Source of the DNA: an uncultured Bacillota bacterium | GTDB taxonomy: Bacteria; Sysuimicrobiota; Sysuimicrobiia; Sysuimicrobiales; Segetimicrobiaceae | Reading direction: 5' to 3' | NCBI GenBank assembly: GCA_963804645.1 | Contig: CAWDRG010000017.1 | Span: 64,001 to 128,000 of the forward strand | DNA: 64,000 nt | In this document: positions 12,149-20,717 of the stretch, piece by piece | Layout: every line of letters begins with the position of its first letter | Numbering within the stretch: position 1 is the first letter of the stretch | Notes under the pieces: model-generated | Databases searched by the model: none | Told to the model about the DNA's origin: nothing | Seen by the model: the letters and a program-made list of their open reading frames with translations, nothing else | Made by a program: the position numbers and the translations under genes

Positions 12149-13460
12149 CCGCGCACCGCGGCAAACGCCTCGTCGCATGCCTCAAGCGTCCGGTCCACGT
12201 CCGCGTCGGTGTGGGCGGTCGAGAGGTAGAACTTCTCGTTGTGGTTCACGAGGATGCCGCGCTTCACGAGCTCGATCGACCAGCGCTTGTTCAGCGCGGT
12301 ATCGGACGTGAGCAGATCCTCCCAGGTCCGGAGCGGCCGGCGGGCCGTAAACCGCACGCCGAACACCGCGTCCTCGCCCGGCGTCTGGACGGCGATCCCG
12401 TGCTTGGCGCCGAGCGCTTCGATCTCCCGCCGCAGCCGCCCGCCGATCCGGTGAAAATGGTCGTAGGTGCCGGGGCGGCTCAGGATGTCGAGGGCGACGA
12501 CCCCCGCGGATCGCGCTCACGGGGTTGCCGTTCAGCGTCCCGCTCGCCCAGACGAGCCGGGAGCGCTCGACGCGCTCGACGTTCAGATACTGCATCAGCG
12601 ACTGCGGCCCGGCGAACGCCGCCATCGGGTACCCGCCGGACATCGCCTTCCCGTACGTCGCGAGATCGGGCACGACGCCGTACCGCTCCTGCGCCCCGCC
12701 CCACGCGATGCGGAACCCGGTCACGATCTCGTCGAAGATCAGCACGACCCCGTGCCGGCGGGTCACGTCGCGCAGCGTCTCGAGGAATCCCGGCACCGGC
12801 GTGAGCACCCGCTGCAGGGGTTCCACGACCACGGCCGCCAGTTCGTGGGCGTGCTGCTCGATCAGCGCCGCGGCGCCCGCGGCGTCGTTGAACGGCGCGA
12901 CCAGCACCTGCCCGCGCACAGCCTCGGGGATGCCGAGCGAATCCGGTTCGGCGCTGGGGTAGTGGCTCGGCCGCTGGGGGACGGTCCCCCACAGGGAGTA
13001 GTCATGCATGCCGTGCCAGCCGCCCTCGAATTTCAGAATCTTCTGCCGGCCCGTCGCCGCGCGCGCGACGCGCATCGCGAAGAACGTGGCCTCGGTCCCC
13101 GACCCGGTGTAATGGATCTGCTCGGCGCACGGGATCGCTTCGACCATCCGCTCGGCGAGCCGGATCGCAGGCTCGATTTAAGAAGTAGTACGTCGAGCCC
13201 TTGGCGGCCTGACGCTGGACCGCCTCCACGATTTCGGGATGCGCGTGACCCAGCAGCGCCGGCCCTGAGCCGAGATGGTAATCGATGAACTCCCGCCCGG
13301 CCACATCCGTCACGTGGCTGCCGTGACCTTCGGCGATTACCAAGTTGACCTCGGGCGGCAGCACGAAGAGACCCAACCCTCCGGCGGCGAGATACCGTCC
13401 CGCGCGCGCCAGCAGATCGGCCTGTCGACTCAGCTTCGTCCCCTGCGCCCCGAGTGCCAT
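12145..13460 (-). CDS. Class III PLP aminotransferase (GSA-aminomutase-like), split by two +1 frameshifts (~13176, ~12508)
   Basis: GPALLGHAHP, SGTEAT, KFEGGWHG, LIFDEIVTGFR, DLATYGKAMSGG, SGTLNGNP. Three track ORFs join into one protein. Confidence 0.85.
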
Positions 13461-13636
13461 GATTCGCCTCCCAGCGTTTGTCATTCCGTGCAAGTGTTCC
13501 ATGGGCGCGGGGCGCCTCCTTCACCGGCGGTGCCCGCGCGCACGACCCGCCTGTGCGCCGCCCGAACGCCGAGGCGTCCCGCAGGACGCGTCGTCACACT
13601 CCTCGGCGACGCGGCAGCAGGGTGTGACCGGGCCGC

Positions 13637-14530
13637 ATGGAACACCACGTGACGCGGAGGGACCCGACCACGACAATCACGCGAGACCGAGCACTGGCGC
13701 TTCTGGGTCTTGTCTTTCTCGGCGGAGCCGTGGTGACTCACGCGTCCGTGACGCTGGCGGGCCCCGCCCCGTGGACCACCATCGACGTCCCCGGCGCGAC
13801 CGAGACGGCCGCCTACGGTATCAACGACGCCGGTCAGATCGTAGGAGAATACGCGGTCGCAAACCTTCACCACGGGTTCTTGCTGGCCGGAGGCCGTGTC
13901 ACCTCGATCGATGTTCCCGGCGCGATCGAATCCTACGCCTTCGGGATCAATGCGGGCGGTCAGATCGTCGGGATCTACCGCGACATCCCTACGCATACGC
14001 AGCACGGGTTCACGCTGGCCGGGGGCCGGTTCACCACCCTCGACGGGCCCGGCGCGAGAGACACCGAGGCCTTCGGGATCAACGCGGGCGGCCGAATCGT
14101 GGGAGAATACACCGACGACCAAAAGACCCACGGGTTCGTGCTGGACGGGGGCCGCTACACCACGATCGATGTTCCGGGCGCCATCGAGACCAAGGCCCAA
14201 GGAATCAACACCACCGGCCAAATCGTGGGAATCTACCGCGACACCGCGACGAACGCGGAACACGGGTTCCTGCTCGCCGGGGGCCGCTTCACCACCCTCG
14301 ATGCCCCAGGCGCGACGGAGACCGAGGCCTTCGGGATCAACGCGACCGGCCAGATCGTGGGGATCTTCTTCAACGCCGCCGCGTTGCGCAGTTTCGTGTG
14401 GGACAAGGGCCAATTCACCGCGATTGATGGCGTGTGGGCCAACGGGATTAATGCGGCAGGCCAGATCGTCGGGTTCTACCCCGACGCCGCCTCGCACGGT
14501 CACGCGGTGACATTTCCCTGGAACCGTTGA
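13637..14530 (+). CDS. Secreted HAF-type repeat protein, probable six-bladed beta-propeller
   Basis: N-terminal hydrophobic leader, then six T(I/L)DxPGA..T.A.GIN..GQIVG.Y..HGF repeats. Confidence 0.8.
   Translation: MEHHVTRRDPTTTITRDRALALLGLVFLGGAVVTHASVTLAGPAPWTTIDVPGATETAAYGINDAGQIVGEYAVANLHHGFLLAGGRVTSIDVPGAIESYAFGINAGGQIVGIYRDIPTHTQHGFTLAGGRFTTLDGPGARDTEAFGINAGGRIVGEYTDDQKTHGFVLDGGRYTTIDVPGAIETKAQGINTTGQIVGIYRDTATNAEHGFLLAGGRFTTLDAPGATETEAFGINATGQIVGIFFNAAALRSFVWDKGQFTAIDGVWANGINAAGQIVGFYPDAASHGHAVTFPWNR
13775..14510 (+). repeat. Six intragenic tandem repeats, alternating 126/132 bp
   Basis: Units start at 13775, 13901, 14033, 14159, 14291, 14417. Confidence 0.85.
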
Positions 14531-14812
14531 TCGGGGTCGGCGCGCACCGTGACCTCGGTGCAGCGGATGATCGGCTGCGCACGCACCAGTCGAAGCTATT
14601 TTGCTCGAGCAGTGGTCCTCCACACTCCGGGCCGCGACCGAATTCCGCAGCGCAATCGCGAAGTGCCGAACCTCCTCCACGAGCCGATCCCCAGCACAGA
14701 ATTCCTTGACGCCGGTGATACGTGCCAAGGCACTGCGGCGTGCACATGCAGGACGCGACCCGAACGAGGCGCGAGACAGCGCCGGCCGTCGCGGCCGCGC
14801 GAGGCCTGCCGA

Positions 14813-15565
14813 TCAGGCGGTCGTGCGGCCGATCGCCTGGAGCTGGACCGGAAGGATCGTGAGCTCGGGAATCAGCACATGCGGCGGAAGCGCCGCCAGA
14901 AACAGACACGCCGAGGCCACGTCTTCGGGGCGTAGGGCGCGCGCACGGACGTCCGGCGGCACCGGCTGCGGCCGGTAATCCAAAATCGGGGTATCGATCA
15001 GACCGGGAAGGATCGCGGAAAAACGGACGCCGTCGCCGGCGCGTTCATACGCGACCGCGTTCGCGAGCGCGACCATCCCGGCCTTCGCCGCCTGGTACGC
15101 CGCGCCCGATCCGTCGGGCCACCGGCCCGACACGCTGGAGACGAACACGACCGTCGCACCGCGCGCGAGGTGCGGCATCACCGCCCGCAGCACGTAGTAG
15201 GCGCCGCTCAGGTTGATTCCGATCAACGCATCCCACGCGTCCGGCGTCAGCACGCCGAACGCGCGGTCGGGGATGTTGATGCCCGCGGCCAGCACGACCA
15301 CGTCCAGCGGGCCGCCCGCCGCCGCCGCGGCGACCGCGTCCGCGACCTCGGCCGGCCGGGACACGTCCGCCGCGTGGGGCACGAACGTGCCGTCCGCGAC
15401 CGCCTGGGCTCCAGCCCCCTCGATCATCTTCTCACGTCGTCGGGCGATGCCGTGGACCGTCGCGCCCGCGCGCAGCAGCTGCCGGGCCGCGGCCAGCCCG
15501 ACGCCGCTGCTCGCGCCGGTGACCAGTGCCCTCGTACCCGCAAAGTCAGGTAGCGCCGGCTCCAT
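14813..15565 (-). CDS. SDR family oxidoreductase
   Basis: VTGASSGVG, YQAAKAG. Confidence 0.9.
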   Translation of the reverse strand: MEPALPDFAGTRALVTGASSGVGLAAARQLLRAGATVHGIARRREKMIEGAGAQAVADGTFVPHAADVSRPAEVADAVAAAAAGGPLDVVVLAAGINIPDRAFGVLTPDAWDALIGINLSGAYYVLRAVMPHLARGATVVFVSSVSGRWPDGSGAAYQAAKAGMVALANAVAYERAGDGVRFSAILPGLIDTPILDYRPQPVPPDVRARALRPEDVASACLFLAALPPHVLIPELTILPVQLQAIGRTTA

Positions 15566-15627
15566 CGGATCCCCCAGACATCAACCTCCGGCGCGGCGGC
15601 GTCGCGCGCCGAGACCGGGCCGCATCC

Positions 15628-16458
15628 TTAGATCGCCCGGCTGACGATTTCCGTCGGCGCAATCAGTCTCCGCTCCAGATTGTTGATTGTGTTCGCGATC
15701 TTCTCCGCGGCGGAACTGCCCATCAGAGTATACACGCCGAGCGGCGGCGATCCGGCCTGCTGTACGCGGGCGCGCGTCTCACGGAAAAACTCGATGGCGA
15801 ACTCGCGGCGGCTGCGCTCTCGTTCCACCGTGAACCCCGCGTCCTCCAGCAGGCGCCGGTACACCGCGGGGCTCTCCACGAAGCTCGTGTCGGGGCCCGA
15901 GGCCCACGGCACCGGAAATCTGAGGGCACCCTCCCCCTCGCCGCGCATGACATCGTAAATTCCAAAAAAGCCGCCCGGCTTGACGACGCGCCGGATCCCG
16001 GAGAACAACCGCGCCTTCTCTGCGATGTTCATCCCGACGTGCAGCATGTACGCGCCGTCGAACGCGCCGGGCGCGAACGGAAGGTCGAGCGCGCTGCCGT
16101 GGCGGTAGGCCACGACCTTCTCCAGCCCCACGCGCTCCCCGAGGACCTCGGCCAGGCGCACGTACTCCTCGGTCAGATCGATACCGGTCACGAGGCAGCC
16201 GTGTTCGTGCGCGAAATAGCGCGACGGTCCGCCGATGCCGCAGCCGACGTCGAGGAGATGCAGGCGCGGTCGGAGTTCCAGTTGCGCCGCGAACTCGACC
16301 GTGGCCCGGCGCCCGCCGATGTGAAATTCGTCGACGGGTGCCAGATCGGCCAGCGTCAAACCGTTGAGGTCCTTTCCCGCGCTGGCGAGGACGCCGAAGA
16401 TCGCCTGTTCCAGCGATCCGTGCGTGTAGTGCTGCGCCACCGACTGTTCGAGTTCCAC
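15628..16458 (-). CDS. Class I SAM-dependent methyltransferase (sarcosine/dimethylglycine N-methyltransferase-like)
   Basis: DEFHIGGRRAT, LLDVGCGIGGPSR, HVGMNI, FPVPWA; GGAGG before GTG. Confidence 0.85.
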   Translation of the reverse strand: MELEQSVAQHYTHGSLEQAIFGVLASAGKDLNGLTLADLAPVDEFHIGGRRATVEFAAQLELRPRLHLLDVGCGIGGPSRYFAHEHGCLVTGIDLTEEYVRLAEVLGERVGLEKVVAYRHGSALDLPFAPGAFDGAYMLHVGMNIAEKARLFSGIRRVVKPGGFFGIYDVMRGEGEGALRFPVPWASGPDTSFVESPAVYRRLLEDAGFTVERERSRREFAIEFFRETRARVQQAGSPPLGVYTLMGSSAAEKIANTINNLERRLIAPTEIVSRAI

Positions 16459-16563
16459 GGGGCCACCTCCCACCGGTCATCGTAGGGATACGCCGGTCGG
16501 GGGCGGAGTCCCCCCATCCCACCGGCCGCGGCCCGCACGCCGCGGCCGGTGGGGCCTGAGGCG

Positions 16564-17484
16564 TTACGCCGCGCGGGGCCGCTCGCCGACCGGCACCAAG
16601 AGATCCAGCATCTGGCCCGCGCGGAGCACGCGGATCGAGACGACCGTGCCGATGCGATCCTCTCCAAGCAGGCTCAACAGATCGTCGAACCGGCTCACCG
16701 GCTGCCCCTCGATCGCGGTCAGGGTATCGCCGAGCAGCATGCCGCCGCGATCCGCCGGGCTGTCCGGCTCCACGCCCACCACGAGGAGTCCCGCACGCTG
16801 GCCGGTCGCCGCGGCGCTGCCGGGGAGCCGCACCCGATGCGCGGCCACGCCCAGGTAGCCGCGCCGAATGCGCCCGTGCGCCACCAGGGTGTCGACGACG
16901 CGGCGCAGCGTTGATCCGGCCACGGTGACGACCGTGCCGCGCACCAGTCCCGCCGTGTTCACGCCGATCGCGCGCCCGGCGGCGTCCGTCAAGAGTCCCC
17001 CGGAAAAACCCGGCGCCGGCGCGATGTCAGGCTCGAGATACTGGGCGAGCCGCGCGCCGTACGGCGTGCGCCACTCGGCCCCGAGGGCCGCTACGATGCC
17101 GAAGCGCGCGCGGACGGTGCGTCCGGGTCTCGCGAGCGCCAGGACCGTGTGGCCGACCCGCAGGGTCTCGATCTCTCGCCACGCCGCCGCCGGGAGGTTG
17201 ACCGCGTCGACCCGCAGCACCGCCAGGTCGGTCGTGGGGTCCCGGCCGACCACCGAGGCAGCGACTTCGCGCCCGTCGGACAGTGCGACGGCCGTGCGGT
17301 CGTCGTCCCGAAGGGCGTGATCGGTGGTCACGATCAGGCCGTCGGCCGACCAGACCGTGCCCGATGCCGGGCGTCCCCGGCGACTTTCGATCCGAACAAC
17401 CGCGGCGCCGGCGGCCTCCACGGCGCCGGCGAGCCGATCGGACAGCGTTGCATCGACGTTTGTCACTGGCTGCCTCCTTGCCAC
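16564..17484 (-). CDS. S1C serine protease with PDZ domain, no signal peptide
   Basis: TTDHAL, PTTDLAVL, PGFSGG triad; GYLGV and SPADRGG..GD PDZ motifs. Confidence 0.85.
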   Translation of the reverse strand: MARRQPVTNVDATLSDRLAGAVEAAGAAVVRIESRRGRPASGTVWSADGLIVTTDHALRDDDRTAVALSDGREVAASVVGRDPTTDLAVLRVDAVNLPAAAWREIETLRVGHTVLALARPGRTVRARFGIVAALGAEWRTPYGARLAQYLEPDIAPAPGFSGGLLTDAAGRAIGVNTAGLVRGTVVTVAGSTLRRVVDTLVAHGRIRRGYLGVAAHRVRLPGSAAATGQRAGLLVVGVEPDSPADRGGMLLGDTLTAIEGQPVSRFDDLLSLLGEDRIGTVVSIRVLRAGQMLDLLVPVGERPRAA

Positions 17485-17598
17485 TCATCAAGATTCGGCC
17501 GGCCACGGAGCGCCGGCCGTCGGGAACCAGCGTAGCGCAGGCGGGAATCGAGCGCATCGCCCGTCCGATCACGGCCACCTAGCCGTTCGAGCGGGGAC

Positions 17599-18225
17599 TC
17601 AGAGGGTGAGGACGCCCAGCCGCGCGGCCCGGACGACGGCCTCGGTCCGGCTCTGGGTGCCAAGCTTGCCGAGCACGGTATGGACGTGGAACTTCACGGT
17701 ATGCTCGCTGATCTCGAGCCGCTCCGCGATGGCCTTGTTCGAAAAGCCTTCGGCCATGAGCGACAACACCTCGACCTCACGGGGGCTCAACTCTTCGACC
17801 AGCGCGGCACCGCGGGATGGGACGCGCGCCAGCAACTCATCCGCCACCGCGACATCGAGCACAACCAGGCCGCTGGCCGCGGCCCGCGCGGCCGCCGCGA
17901 GCGTGTCGGCGTCGGCCGTGCGCAGCAGTAGCCCGCGTGTTCCCGCGGCGAGGGTGCGGGCCGCGGCGGCGCGATCCGGCACCAGCGCGACGACAGGGAT
18001 CAGCGCCAGCCCGGCGGACGCAAGTTGATCCAGCACCGCGTCGGGCCCGCGGCCGGCGTCGCACAGGATCACGTCGATGTCGCTCGCGCTCACCGTCGCG
18101 GCGAGGTCGGCCTCGGGTCCGGCCTGCAGCGTCACCGTCCCGGGTGCATCGGCCAACAGCGCCGCCAACCCGGTGCGCACCAGCGGGTCATCGGCCCAGA
18201 TCAGGATCCGCAGGGCTTCGTCCAT
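17599..18225 (-). CDS. NarL/LuxR-type response regulator with degenerate receiver
   Basis: LSPREVEVLSLMAEGFSNKAIAERLEISEHTVKFHV HTH; N-terminal ADDPLVRTGL. Confidence 0.88.
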   Translation of the reverse strand: MDEALRILIWADDPLVRTGLAALLADAPGTVTLQAGPEADLAATVSASDIDVILCDAGRGPDAVLDQLASAGLALIPVVALVPDRAAAARTLAAGTRGLLLRTADADTLAAAARAAASGLVVLDVAVADELLARVPSRGAALVEELSPREVEVLSLMAEGFSNKAIAERLEISEHTVKFHVHTVLGKLGTQSRTEAVVRAARLGVLTL

Positions 18226-18407
18226 CCACACACTCCCTTGCGACGTTGGAACGCCCGGGGCGTGCCGGCGGATTCCCGCATCGTGCGCGGCCAGTCTGCA
18301 CAGGAGTTGGCGAGTCGGGACGGGAACCCGAAGGAAGACGCAACTCCACTCCACACCGTGAGGATGCCGCCGCCCTGCCGGGCTACCCTCGATAGGAGCA
18401 CGAACCG

Positions 18408-18983
18408 ATGCGACCCACCGCGTGGATCTCTCGATGGATCATGGTGACCGCGATGGCGCTGGCGCTCGCGCCGGCCGTTCCGTCATTCGCGGGTGCCGTG
18501 CAAACGATCGGCGTCCCCGATTTCGCCGCGCGGGCCTCGATCCCGAACATCTCGGGGATGTTTCCCGGACGGTTCGCGGCCGACGCCGCCACCACGGCGC
18601 TGCAGCGCGCCGCGCACCCGCCGCTCAGTGTCATCCCGCGGACGACGATGACCAAGGCGCAGTCTGCGCTGAAATGGCGCGACACCGATATCACCAAGTT
18701 CGCGCAACTCACGGCGCTCGCCGACCGGGTCGGCGCCGCCCACCTGATCATCGGCACGATCGACCGCCTCAGCGTCGAACGGGTATCGAACAACGTCTAC
18801 CGCTCCGCAGCGACCGTCTCCATCCAGTTCTACACCGCGACCCCGCCGAGGATCACCCCGGCGGTCACAGGCACCGGGTCCGGTCTCACGAGCATCTCTC
18901 GGGGCGCCGCCGAGCAGGCGTTGCGTCAGGCCGTCGAACAGGCGCTGAACGCGGAGCTCGCGAAGATCGCTCCAACCCGCTAG
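18408..18983 (+). CDS. Secreted protein, possibly CsgG/TolB-N-like fold
   Basis: Signal peptide, TIGVPDF ... VGAAHLIIGTI pattern. Confidence 0.6.
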   Translation: MRPTAWISRWIMVTAMALALAPAVPSFAGAVQTIGVPDFAARASIPNISGMFPGRFAADAATTALQRAAHPPLSVIPRTTMTKAQSALKWRDTDITKFAQLTALADRVGAAHLIIGTIDRLSVERVSNNVYRSAATVSIQFYTATPPRITPAVTGTGSGLTSISRGAAEQALRQAVEQALNAELAKIAPTR

Positions 18984-19237
18984 CCGCCGCCGGTCGAGCC
19001 GGTCATCGGTTGCACGTCGCGGCGCCGAGCGCATCCGCGCTGACACCGCCACGCACGCACGGCGGGAGCGACGTCCTCCCGAGGCGCGTACACGCCGCGT
19101 TGGAGTGCCGGCCGGCAGTGAAGATGCCCGCGGTCGAACCGCTCCCGCATCGCCCGCACGCCGCGGTCCCGTCGAATACCTGGAGGGCTCGGGGCCGACG
19201 GCGCGGTAATCAGCCGGAACGCTCCTCGGAGGCGCGC

Positions 19238-20026
19238 ATGCCGGTTGATCTCGGATTTCATTGGTCGATGCTGAACGACTACGACCGCAACGCCGCCTAC
19301 CGCGCGGCGATCCGCCGGCTCGCCCCGGGGAACGTCGTCTACGATCTCGGAGCGGGCGTGGGGCCGATGTCATACTATGCGCTGGCCGCGGGGGCCCGGC
19401 GCGTCTACGGCTTCGAGATCGACCGCGACGCCCTCCCCTATCTCCGCCGCCTCGGCCGTGAGTTTCGCAACTTCATCCCACGCCGCGCCAACGTCCTGCG
19501 CGCCAAACTCCCGGACGAGCCGCCCGGCCTCATCATCTGCGAAATGTGGTCGGCGTGGCTGACCGACTGGCCGATGGTCAGGGTGATCGAGCGCCTGCGC
19601 GCCCGTGCCCCCGAGGCCGCCGTCGTCCCGGCGCGCGGACTCCACCTGATCCAGCTCGTCCGCGCGCGGCACCGTGCGGGGATGCCCCTGCGCGTGATCC
19701 CCGGCACCGAGGCCGCGGTGATCGGCGAGACGCCCGCGACCCTCGACATGTCGCCGCCCATCCTCGCGTGCGTCTCCGACTTCCGCGGCCGCATCGCGCC
19801 GGTGGACGCCACGGTGGCGCTCGTCCCGCTGACATCCGGCACCGTCAACGCGGTCCGCCTGTTCAGTTACGAGGAAGTCTGGCCGGGGTTTCCGCTCGCG
19901 CGCCTCGGGACGCGCTCAGACGAGCTGCTCCGGTGGATCCCACCCGTGCGCGTCCGGGAAGGACGGCGCGTTCGGCTCCGCATCCAGTACGCATGGGGCA
20001 AGACGGTGCACGTGTGGGTCGATTAG
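19238..20026 (+). CDS. SAM-dependent methyltransferase, protein-arginine-methyltransferase-like
   Basis: HWSMLNDYDRNAAYRAAI, VYDLGAGVG, AGARRVYGFE, IICEMW; GGAGG before ATG. Confidence 0.8.
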   Translation: MPVDLGFHWSMLNDYDRNAAYRAAIRRLAPGNVVYDLGAGVGPMSYYALAAGARRVYGFEIDRDALPYLRRLGREFRNFIPRRANVLRAKLPDEPPGLIICEMWSAWLTDWPMVRVIERLRARAPEAAVVPARGLHLIQLVRARHRAGMPLRVIPGTEAAVIGETPATLDMSPPILACVSDFRGRIAPVDATVALVPLTSGTVNAVRLFSYEEVWPGFPLARLGTRSDELLRWIPPVRVREGRRVRLRIQYAWGKTVHVWVD

Positions 20027-20045
20027 CGCCCCGGGACCGCGCGCA

Positions 20046-20597
20046 TCAGGCCCGCCGAGCCTGCGCGATCGCGCACAGGCCGTCCGATCCGATCTCAAGC
20101 GGCAGGTTGATCAGGTTGTAGTAGTTCTCCACCGCATTTACCCACGTGATCTCCACGATCTCCGACTCGCTGCAGTGCCGGCGCAACTCCTCAAACGTGG
20201 CATCGGAGACGCGCTTGTGTCTCGTGGCTTCCTCCGCGTACGCCAGCGCGGCGCGCTCTCGCGCAGAGAACAGCGGGCTCGTCCGGTAGTCCGGGAGCGC
20301 GTCGAACTTCTCCATCCCGAGGTCCCGGCGAATCGCCACCGCCCGGCCGATATCCTCGCAAAAGCTGCACCCGTTGATCTGCGCGGCGAGGATCGCCACC
20401 ATGAAATGCAGCTGGGGATCGAGCCGGAGCCCCTTCGTCTCGAACTTCTGGAGCTCGTAGGAGAGCTTCAGCACCCCCGGCATGCGCGGATACAGCACCT
20501 TCATCGGCGTGATCACCTTGCCGAGCTGCCGCCGCGTCATCCAGTACGCGATGCGCATCAGGAGTCCCGTGGGCTTCTCGATCGGTGCCAGTCTCAT
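20046..20597 (-). CDS. Carboxymuconolactone decarboxylase/AhpD-like protein
   Basis: AQINGCSFCEDI (CxxC), FSARERAALAYAEEAT, EIVEIT. Confidence 0.85.
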   Translation of the reverse strand: MRLAPIEKPTGLLMRIAYWMTRRQLGKVITPMKVLYPRMPGVLKLSYELQKFETKGLRLDPQLHFMVAILAAQINGCSFCEDIGRAVAIRRDLGMEKFDALPDYRTSPLFSARERAALAYAEEATRHKRVSDATFEELRRHCSESEIVEITWVNAVENYYNLINLPLEIGSDGLCAIAQARRA

Positions 20598-20717
20598 CGC
20601 ATGCGCTCCGTGTGGTCTCCCACGCTCCGGGCCGCGGGCCGCCCGTCGGGTTCGTATCCTGTGTGTGTCCACCCGGATCGCCACATCGTCCGATCGTGAC
20701 TGCGCCGACGCGGTGTG

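Noticed and set aside
9398..12229. Long antisense or alternate-frame ORFs (e.g. 943 aa here, also 29874..32426, 39256..41421, 52761..55478)
   Set aside because: Arg/Pro/Ala-rich shadow ORFs of real genes, expected at this GC content.
13775..14510. Regular repeats as a possible CRISPR array
   Set aside because: In-frame degenerate coding repeats of 126/132 bp with no unique spacers and no cas genes.
19005..19020. GTGCAACCG on the minus strand resembling the c-di-GMP-II riboswitch 3' end
   Set aside because: Upstream consensus elements are not correctly placed and there is no downstream gene on that strand.
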